A program made the translations under genes and the position numbers. From positions 51,184 through 115,183 of the forward strand of contig QHTE01000046.1 of NCBI GenBank assembly GCA_003220685.1: 64,000 bases of DNA. Direction: 5' to 3'. The stretch's first letter is position 1. Each line of letters starts with the position of its first letter. The stretch is from Candidatus Rokuibacteriota bacterium. GTDB lineage: Bacteria; Methylomirabilota; Methylomirabilia; Rokubacteriales; CSP1-6. Below, piece by piece: positions 10,155 through 16,833 of this stretch. Below the pieces are notes generated by a model, which saw only the letters and a list, made by a program, of their open reading frames with translations, was not told the DNA's origin and searched no databases.

Positions 10155-10715
10155 ATGTCCATCGCACGCGCCGTGAGCCGGACTCTCGTCCTGAGCGCGC
10201 TGGCCGTTCTGGTCCTGGCTAGCGCTGCCGCCGCCCTGGAAGTTGGGCAGAAGGCCCCCGACTTCGCCCTCAACGGGACCGACGGCAAGCCCGTCAAGCT
10301 CTCAGACTTGACGGCCAAGGGGCCCGTCGTCATTTATACCTTCATCGCCGCGTTCACCCCGACCTGAACCCGTGAACTCGCCGGCTTCGAGGCGGCCCTG
10401 CCGCAGTTCGAAGCCGCCGGCGCCCAGGTCGTGGGCGTCAGCACCGATCACCACCTCGCCCTCGCCGCGTGGCAGAAAGACCAGCATTCGAAGCAGCTCC
10501 TCCTCTCGGATTTCCGCCGTCAAATGCTCCCGGCGTACGGGGCGATGGAGACGAACGAGGCGAGCCCCGTCTATCGTTACGCGAAGCGGGCGTACTTCAT
10601 CATCGACAAGACGGGCACCGTCAAATACATGAAGATCATGGACAGCCCGCTGAACCTCCTCGAGCCGGCCGAAGTGCTCGCGGCGGTGAAGGCAGCAAAC
10701 CTGTCCATGAAATGA
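10155..10715 (+). CDS. Selenocysteine-containing peroxiredoxin (BCP/PrxQ-like, AhpC/TSA family), secreted; UGA at 10365-10367 read as Sec
   Basis: ATG 10155 has an AAGGAGG RBS and a Sec-type signal peptide. The 5' and 3' portions are in the same frame, separated only by a TGA at the peroxidatic Cys position: VVIYTFIAAFTPT-U-TRELAGFE aligns to the BCP motif VVLYFYPKDDTPGCTTE. The downstream half (VVGVSTD...LLSDF...YFIIDKTGTV) is the canonical Prx C-terminal half. A strong hairpin starts 11 nt after the UGA. Confidence 0.75.
10379..10422 (+). promoter_or_regulatory. Candidate bacterial SECIS-like hairpin downstream of the in-frame UGA
   Basis: CGCCGGCTTCGA / TCGAAGCC(GCC)GGCG stem with an inner GCGGC-CCT-GCCGC mini-helix. 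It starts 11 nt 3' of the UGA, the same spacing as the E. coli fdhF SECIS. Confidence 0.5.
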
Positions 10716-11140
10716 GACAACGTTCGATGGGGTTGATTCGACTCGGCGGCCTGATCGGCCTGATTGCCACGATGTGCGCGGCGTGCGCAGAGCTCGACGC
10801 CACGCCGCCGCTCAGCACGACGGCCACGACCCTGACGGTCGGGTGGGAGCACCACTTCACGGTGGAATGGGCCGCCGCCGAACAGGGCCAGAGCTCGCGG
10901 AAGGTCTCCGGGTACGTCTACAACCGCAACGGCGAGTATGCGATACATCTGCGCGTTCTTGCCCAGGCCATCAACGCCAACGGCGCCGTGGTCGGTCAGC
11001 GTGTCGGCTACGTGCCCGGAGGTGTGGGCGGGTTCGGACGCGCGTACTTCGAGGTCCCGAACTTGCCAGCGACCGCCAGCTATCGGGTCAGCGTCTGGGA
11101 CTATACGTGGTTCCAGTCCGACGGTGACGGCAAGCAGTGA
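10712..11140 (+). CDS. Small exported protein of unknown function, translationally coupled (ATGA overlap) to the selenoprotein Prx
   Basis: 142 aa. The start ATG overlaps the Prx stop TGA. It has an N-terminal hydrophobic signal (LIGLIATMCAAC) and no recognisable family. Confidence 0.55.
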   Translation: MRQRSMGLIRLGGLIGLIATMCAACAELDATPPLSTTATTLTVGWEHHFTVEWAAAEQGQSSRKVSGYVYNRNGEYAIHLRVLAQAINANGAVVGQRVGYVPGGVGGFGRAYFEVPNLPATASYRVSVWDYTWFQSDGDGKQ

Positions 11141-11158
11141 GCTTCTCGAGCTGAGCTT

Positions 11159-11659
11159 CTAGGCAGGTGCCTTGGCCGCGGGGCCCTGGGGCTGACGAAT
11201 TAGCTCCACGGGCCCCTGCGGCTCCCAGCTCATGAGCGCCGTCCCGGTTCCCGCCAGCCTGTTTTCCCCGAGCCGGGTCAGACTGATCCAGCCGCCGTTC
11301 ACGGTGGCGGGCTCGAGCACGAGGGCGAGTCGTCCGTTCGAGGTCCCGAGCCGGCCCTGCACGTTGACCGAGACCATCTCGTTCCGGATCTTGACGGTCA
11401 GGATCCCTGCCACTCCGGGCAGGGTTCGGCCGAATACCTGCCAGGGACCGACGGTCACCCCGTCGACGGGCTCGGCGTCCCGCTGCTCGAGGATGACGAG
11501 CGTCACGGGAGCCCCGCCCCAGGTGCCCGTCCACGTTCCGCGCAGGTCCGGCATCTGCCCTACCGGCGTCGCCAACGGAGGCGGCGCCGCACAGGCGCCG
11601 AGGAGCGCCGAGATCACGGCGACGAGAACCCCAGCCCCGCGACGGTCTGCAGCGCGCAT
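11159..11659 (-). CDS. Lipoprotein of unknown function
   Basis: Start ATG at 11659 gives MRAADRRGAGVLVAVISALLGAC with the LLGAC lipobox. The region upstream in the ORF track (to 11941) is low-complexity. Confidence 0.55.
   Translation of the reverse strand: MRAADRRGAGVLVAVISALLGACAAPPPLATPVGQMPDLRGTWTGTWGGAPVTLVILEQRDAEPVDGVTVGPWQVFGRTLPGVAGILTVKIRNEMVSVNVQGRLGTSNGRLALVLEPATVNGGWISLTRLGENRLAGTGTALMSWEPQGPVELIRQPQGPAAKAPA
11629..11658. repeat. Half copy (right arm) of the REP-like element; overlaps the 5' end of the lipoprotein CDS
   Basis: 30-bp direct repeat ccccagccccgcgacggtctgcagcgcgca, identical to 11691-11720. Confidence 0.6.
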
Positions 11660-11668
11660 TGTTGGATA

Positions 11669-11720
11669 GGCGCGCCTCGACCGGCGGGGCCCCAGCCCCG
11701 CGACGGTCTGCAGCGCGCAC
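11669..11720. repeat. REP-like palindromic intergenic element, copy in reverse orientation
   Basis: Reverse complement GTGCGCGCTGCAGACCGTCGCGGGGCTGGGGCCCCGCCGGTCGAGGCGCGCC matches the copies at 25705 and 34649. It contains the GCGGGGCT/AGCCCCGC hairpin. Confidence 0.6.
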
Positions 11721-11786
11721 GGCGAGTCGAATATACTCGCGTCCGAAGCAGTGGAGGCGGGAGGCGTCCTTCGAACGGAGATGAAT

Positions 11787-13334
11787 ATGCGCCCGGATCG
11801 ATATATCGCGGTCCTCATCGTGAGTGTGACGCTCCTGATCTTCGCCGCGGTCCGGGAGGCGGCCGCGCAGCCCGCGCCGGCGGGCGACGTGGTCGTCGCC
11901 TGGCACGTCACGATCGCGCCGACCTGGTTCGACCCGTCCACCGCGCCGGCTCAGATCACGCCGTTCGGGATTCTCTTCGCCCTCCACGATGCGCTCGTCC
12001 GGCCGCTGCCGGGCAAGGGCAAGATGTCGCCGAGCCTGGCCGAGTCGTGGACGGAGAGCCCCGATGGGCTCGTGTACGAGTTCAAGCTGCGACGCGATCT
12101 CAAGTTCCACAACGGCGATCCCGTCACGAGCGAGGACGTCAAGTTCAGCTACGAGCGCTATCGAGGAGCGGGAGCCAAGGAGATCCAGGCGCACGTGCGC
12201 CAGGTCGAGATCGTCGATCCCCTGACCGTGCGCTTCCACCTGACCGAGCCCTGGCCGGACTTCATGACCTTCTACGGAACCACGGCCACCGCCGCCGGGA
12301 TTGTCGTCCCCAAGAAGTACGTGACCCAGGTCGGCGACGAAGGATTCAGAAAGCACCCGATCGGCGCCGGACCTTACCGCTTCGTGAGCCACAAGCCCGG
12401 CGTGGAAGTCGTGGTCGAGGCCTATCCCGGCTACTGGCGCCGCGTGCCCACCGTCAAGCGCTACGTCATGAAGAGCGTGCCCGAGGGCACGACGCGCGTG
12501 GCGATGCTGAAGAACGGCGAGGCCGACATCGCCTTCGCGCTCGACGGCGAAGACGCCCTGAACATCAAGCGCGACCCGCGGCTGCAGCTCGTGCCGTCCA
12601 AGCACGCGTCGATCTACTGGATCGAGTTCGCCGAGCAGTGGGATCCCAAATCGCCCTGGCACGACAGGCGAGTGCGACTGGCGGCCAACTACGCCCTCAA
12701 TCGTCAGGCGATCAACGAGGTCTCGTGTCTCGGCTACTGTCCGCCGGCCGGGGTCATCGTACCCCGCGTGATGGAGTTCGCACTGCAGGCGCCGCCGCTC
12801 CCGTACGAGCCGCAGAAGGCCAAGCAGCTCCTCGCCGAGGCCGGCTATCCCAACGGGATCGACGCCGGCGATTTCGTGCCGACGCCTCCGTTCGTGACGG
12901 CGGGGGAAGCGGCGGCGAACTTTCTGGGCGGCGTCGGGATCCGTACGAAGATGCGGCTCATGGAGCGTGCGGCGTTCCTCGCCGCGTGGCGCGAGAAAAA
13001 GCTCCGCGGCCTGTTCATGGCCGCGGTCGGGAACTCGGGCAACGCGGCCAGCCGCGTCGAGGCGTTCATGAACACCAAGGGAAGCAACGCCTACGGCGGC
13101 TACGCCGACCTCGACGATCTGTTCCACCAGCAGGCACGGGAGCGCGACCCCGGCAAGCGCGAGGCGCTGCTCCACCGCATCCAGCAGATCTCGATCGACC
13201 GGGTGATGTTCGCGCCGATCATGGATTATCGTACCTTGCGGGGTGTGGGACCGCGGATCGCCGAGCACATGCTCGACTCGATGCATCTGATACCCTTTCC
13301 GGCCTACGAGGAGGTGCGCCTGAAAGCGCAATAA
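11787..13334 (+). CDS. ABC transporter substrate-binding protein family 5 (peptide/nickel/opine type)
   Basis: SBP_bac_5-type sequence with signal peptide MRPDRYIAVLIVSVTLLIFAAVREAAA. Start chosen at ATG 11787 (GGAG 6 nt upstream); the ORF track starts at 11751. Confidence 0.75.
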   Translation: MRPDRYIAVLIVSVTLLIFAAVREAAAQPAPAGDVVVAWHVTIAPTWFDPSTAPAQITPFGILFALHDALVRPLPGKGKMSPSLAESWTESPDGLVYEFKLRRDLKFHNGDPVTSEDVKFSYERYRGAGAKEIQAHVRQVEIVDPLTVRFHLTEPWPDFMTFYGTTATAAGIVVPKKYVTQVGDEGFRKHPIGAGPYRFVSHKPGVEVVVEAYPGYWRRVPTVKRYVMKSVPEGTTRVAMLKNGEADIAFALDGEDALNIKRDPRLQLVPSKHASIYWIEFAEQWDPKSPWHDRRVRLAANYALNRQAINEVSCLGYCPPAGVIVPRVMEFALQAPPLPYEPQKAKQLLAEAGYPNGIDAGDFVPTPPFVTAGEAAANFLGGVGIRTKMRLMERAAFLAAWREKKLRGLFMAAVGNSGNAASRVEAFMNTKGSNAYGGYADLDDLFHQQARERDPGKREALLHRIQQISIDRVMFAPIMDYRTLRGVGPRIAEHMLDSMHLIPFPAYEEVRLKAQ

Positions 13335-13345
13335 GCGGCACGATC

Positions 13346-14977
13346 ATGTACGCGGCATATTTCGGGCTGACGGAGCGGCCGTTCTCGCTGGCTCCCGATC
13401 CGCGCTACCTCTACCTGAGTGACGCGCACCGGGAGGCCCTCGCGCATCTGCTCTACGGGATCGGCGAGGGCGGCAGCTTCGTGCAGCTGACGGGCGAGGT
13501 GGGGACCGGAAAGACCACGGTCTGCCGCGCCCTGCTGGAGCAGCTCCCGCCGGACGTGGACGTCGCGATGATCTTCAATCCGCGGCTCACCTCGATCGAG
13601 CTGTTGGCGGCGGTCTGCGACGAGCTCCGCGTGCCGTATCCCCCAGGAACGACGAGCTTGAAAGTGCTGGTCGACGCGCTGTCCCAGGCACTGCTCGACG
13701 CGCACGCGCGCGGGCGGCGGACCGTCCTCATCATCGACGAGGCCCAGAACCTGAGCGCGCGCGTCCTCGAGGAGGTTCGCCTCCTCACGAATCTGGAGAC
13801 GACGACCCAGAAGCTCCTGCAGGTGGTGCTCATCGGCCAGCCGGAGCTGGCCGATCTGCTCTCGCGACGCAACCTGCGTCAGCTCTCGCAGCGCGTGACG
13901 GCCCGCTATCACCTGCGACCGTTCAGCGAGGCGGAGTCGCAGCGTTACGTGCAGCATCGCATGGAGGTGGCGGGCCAGCGCCAGGCGATCTTCACTCGAC
14001 AGGGCGTGCGCGCCGCCCACCGCCTGTCGCGCGGCATCCCGCGTCTGCTCAACACGATCTGCGATCGCGCGCTGCTCGGCGCGTACGCGACCGGACAGAC
14101 GCGCGTCAAGGAAGCCGTCGTCCGGCGCGCGGCCCGTGAAGTGCTCGGCGCGCGCAGGAGTTGGCGCTGGGTGGCCGCGACGGCGGCCGCCGTGCTCCTC
14201 GTCCTCGTGGGCAGCACGATCGCCCTGGTCGCGACCGGCGGACTGCGCTCACTCGGGGCCTGGGCGTTCTCGCGGGTGGAGAAGGCGGGCCCGTCGCCCG
14301 AGACCCCGGCGCCCGCCCCGACGGTGGACGAGCGGCGAGCGCCGGAGCCGACCCTGGCGGCGACCCTGGACGATCCGTCGCTGACCGCCGACCGCGCGAG
14401 CGCCTTCGTGAACCTGTACGCGCTCTGGGGCCTCGACGCCCGGGGCGTGGACGCCGATCGCGGATGCGAGCTCGGGCGCGCGGCCCGCCTCAGGTGTCTC
14501 ACGCGCTCGGGAACCTGGACGGTGCTGCGTCGCCTCAACCTTCCGGCGATCCTCGAGCTCGCGACTCCCGACGGCCGGAAGCATCACGTGGTGCTGGCGC
14601 GCCTCGACGGCGACCGGGCGACGATCGAGATCGGCCCGCGTCGAGTCACGCTGCCGGCGACCGAGGTGGAGCGCTTCTGGGACGGCCCATTCGTGATGAT
14701 CTGGAAGTCGCCGGTGAGCGGGCCGGTGCCGCTCCAGCCGGGCATGCTGGGCCGCGACGTCGTCTGGCTTCGGCAGCGGCTCGGCGCGCTCGACGGACAA
14801 CCGATCACGGCGATGGCCAACCAGACCTACGACGAAGAGCTCAGGCGGCGCGTCGCCGTCTTCCAGCAGGGCGAGGCGCTGGTACCCGACGGCATCGCGG
14901 GTGAAGAGACACTCGTCCGTCTGGCCGCGACCGCCCCCGGAGCCAGCGGGCCCTCGCTCACCCGGGAGCGACCATAG
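13346..14977 (+). CDS. gspA: General secretion pathway protein A (ExeA/GspA family AAA ATPase with C-terminal peptidoglycan-binding domain)
   Basis: 543 aa. N-terminus MYAAYFGLTERPFSLAPDPRYLYLSDAHREALAHLLYG with Walker A GEVGTGKTT is the classic ExeA signature. It has one TM segment and a C-terminal PG_binding-like repeat (LRQRLGAL...VFQQGEALVPDGIAG). Confidence 0.8.
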   Translation: MYAAYFGLTERPFSLAPDPRYLYLSDAHREALAHLLYGIGEGGSFVQLTGEVGTGKTTVCRALLEQLPPDVDVAMIFNPRLTSIELLAAVCDELRVPYPPGTTSLKVLVDALSQALLDAHARGRRTVLIIDEAQNLSARVLEEVRLLTNLETTTQKLLQVVLIGQPELADLLSRRNLRQLSQRVTARYHLRPFSEAESQRYVQHRMEVAGQRQAIFTRQGVRAAHRLSRGIPRLLNTICDRALLGAYATGQTRVKEAVVRRAAREVLGARRSWRWVAATAAAVLLVLVGSTIALVATGGLRSLGAWAFSRVEKAGPSPETPAPAPTVDERRAPEPTLAATLDDPSLTADRASAFVNLYALWGLDARGVDADRGCELGRAARLRCLTRSGTWTVLRRLNLPAILELATPDGRKHHVVLARLDGDRATIEIGPRRVTLPATEVERFWDGPFVMIWKSPVSGPVPLQPGMLGRDVVWLRQRLGALDGQPITAMANQTYDEELRRRVAVFQQGEALVPDGIAGEETLVRLAATAPGASGPSLTRERP

Positions 14978-14979
14978 CC

Positions 14980-15654
14980 GTGTCGTACATCCTCGACGCG
15001 CTCACGAAGGCCGCCCAGCAGCGAGATCGACAGATTCCCGTGGTGCAGCGGCTCCTCTCGCCCGCGCCGAGAGCGCGCTCGCCGTGGAGCTACGCGTCCG
15101 GGCGTCTGCTCGCCGCGCTCGCGCTGAACGCGGTCCTCCTGGGCGCCGTGCTGATCTGGTGGCTGCGTCCTGTGGCGACCGAGGCGCCGCCCGCGCCGAT
15201 CGCCGCTCAGACGCCGCCGGCGAGCCCGCGTCCGCTCGTGAAGCTCGAGCCTCTGCCGAAGACCGATGTGGCGGTCGAGAAGCCGGCGCCGTCGCCGGCC
15301 GACACGCGGGCCGACGCCGCGCCGGTCGTGAAGCCGGGCACGCCGCCACCCGCCGCGCCGCCGGCCCCGCGCATGGGGACACCGACGATCCAGCCGGCTC
15401 CCGCGGCTCCGGCCGCGCCGGCGCCTCCGCCCGCGTCCGTCGCCCGACCTGCGCCACCGCCGGAGTCGGCGGGGCTCAGAGTCGAGGCGCTGATCTATGC
15501 CGACACACCGGCCGAGCGAATGGTGTTCATCAACGGCCGCCGGTATCGCGAAGGCGACTCGATCGATGGCCGGCTCCGGATCGAAGAGATCCGAGAAGAC
15601 GGCGTCGAGCTGAGCGATCAGGGTCGGCGCTTCACGTTGCGCGTCTCGCGCTGA
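14980..15654 (+). CDS. gspB: General secretion pathway protein B (ExeB/GspB family)
   Basis: GTG start 3 nt after the gspA stop. N-terminus SYILDALTKAAQQRD, one TM segment, a Pro/Ala-rich linker and a conserved C-terminal domain (FINGRRYREGDSIDG). Confidence 0.7.
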   Translation: MSYILDALTKAAQQRDRQIPVVQRLLSPAPRARSPWSYASGRLLAALALNAVLLGAVLIWWLRPVATEAPPAPIAAQTPPASPRPLVKLEPLPKTDVAVEKPAPSPADTRADAAPVVKPGTPPPAAPPAPRMGTPTIQPAPAAPAAPAPPPASVARPAPPPESAGLRVEALIYADTPAERMVFINGRRYREGDSIDGRLRIEEIREDGVELSDQGRRFTLRVSR

Positions 15655-15852
15655 CGCCAGTCCTGGCGCGCTCCGGCATTCCTGTCACGCCGTCCCTTCG
15701 CCGCTTGCCGGGCGTCGGGCGCGCGTAGCGCGCCGTTCATAGCAGAAAGTCTGTAGTTTTCAGGCGTGGTCCGCGGCGGCCTCCCCGGTGGCTCGACTCT
15801 TGCTCCTATAGAGTCGAATCTTCAGGAGGGACCTATTCGGTCACGTCCACGG

Positions 15853-16818
15853 ATGGCGGCACTGGCGTGCGCCGCCGGGCTCGCGATGCTCCTCACCGCA
15901 GCGCTGCACGCGGCCCCACCGGCGCGGCCCGTCAAGATCGCCGTGCTGACGCCGGGGCTCAGCTTCGGCGAGGTGCTCGGCGGCCTGCGCGATGGGCTTG
16001 GCCAGCTCGGCTACCGCGAGGACACCAACCTGATCTTGCTCGTGGAGGACACGAAGGGGGGCGGGTCCGACGTGAAGGCGCAGGCCCAGGCGCTGGTCGC
16101 CGCGAAGCCGGACGTGCTGGTGACGGTCAGCACTTCTCACACCATGGCAGCCAAGAGCGCGACGTCGACGATCCCGATCGTCTTCACGTGGGTGGGCGAT
16201 CCCGTCCGTTCCGGGCTGGTGCCGAACTACGCCTCCTCCGGCAACAACCTCACGGGGCTGTCGGTGTACTCAGGGCCGCTCTCCGGCAAGCGGCTCGAGA
16301 TCTTGAAGGAGATCACGCCCGATGCCCGCCGCATCCTCTGTCTGGTCGCCAGGGAGAGCATCGCCGAGATCAGCTTCGGCCTCGCGCAACGGACCGCCGA
16401 GCAGCTGGGGATGGTGCTGATCCGGCGCGACGTCGCGAGCCGCGACGACATCGTGCGCGAGCTCGGCGCGCTCCCCAGGGGCGCGTTCGACGCGATCTAT
16501 CACGTGCCCTCCGGCCTCGTGACCGCCCACATCGGCCTGTTGATCCAGCGCGCGCGCGACGACAAGGTGGCTCTGATGACGCACGAGGACGAGCAGGTGG
16601 CGGCCGGCGCCCTCGTCTCCTACGGCGCCAACTACCGGCGGATGGGCCAGCAGACGGCGCGCATCGTCGACCGCGTCCTCTCGGGCGTGGCGCCGTCCGA
16701 GATTCCGATCCAGATCCCGGACAAGCTCATGCTCGCCATCAACCTCGTCACGGCGCGGACGATCGGGCTGAAGCCGCCGCTCACGCTCCTCGAGCGAGCG
16801 GAGCGCATCGTCGAGTAG
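15853..16818 (+). CDS. Periplasmic ABC-transporter-type substrate-binding protein (PF04392/ABC_sub_bind family), partner of the downstream sensor kinase
   Basis: Start ATG 15853 gives signal peptide MAALACAAGLAMLLTAALHA. Type I binding-protein fold motifs are present. The gene directly precedes the histidine kinase. Confidence 0.65.
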   Translation: MAALACAAGLAMLLTAALHAAPPARPVKIAVLTPGLSFGEVLGGLRDGLGQLGYREDTNLILLVEDTKGGGSDVKAQAQALVAAKPDVLVTVSTSHTMAAKSATSTIPIVFTWVGDPVRSGLVPNYASSGNNLTGLSVYSGPLSGKRLEILKEITPDARRILCLVARESIAEISFGLAQRTAEQLGMVLIRRDVASRDDIVRELGALPRGAFDAIYHVPSGLVTAHIGLLIQRARDDKVALMTHEDEQVAAGALVSYGANYRRMGQQTARIVDRVLSGVAPSEIPIQIPDKLMLAINLVTARTIGLKPPLTLLERAERIVE

Positions 16819-16833
16819 CTTCCGCCGGCGCCG

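Noticed and set aside
9000-10367. 455-aa plus-strand ORF 9000..10367 as a single protein
   Set aside because: Its first about 385 codons are antisense to the S9 peptidase and low-complexity. Only the last 70 codons (from ATG 10155 with a strong RBS) are real, forming the N-terminal part of the Sec-peroxiredoxin.
11140-11159. GAGCTTC repeat / CTCGAG palindrome between the convergent genes at 11140/11159 as a terminator
   Set aside because: The stem is too short and irregular to call.
11088-13331. 747-aa minus-strand ORF 11088..13331 and plus ORF 12047..13345 (N-terminal part of the 976-aa frame)
   Set aside because: Both are shadow frames over the family-5 binding-protein gene. Only the 13346..14977 part of the 976-aa frame (GspA) is protein-like.
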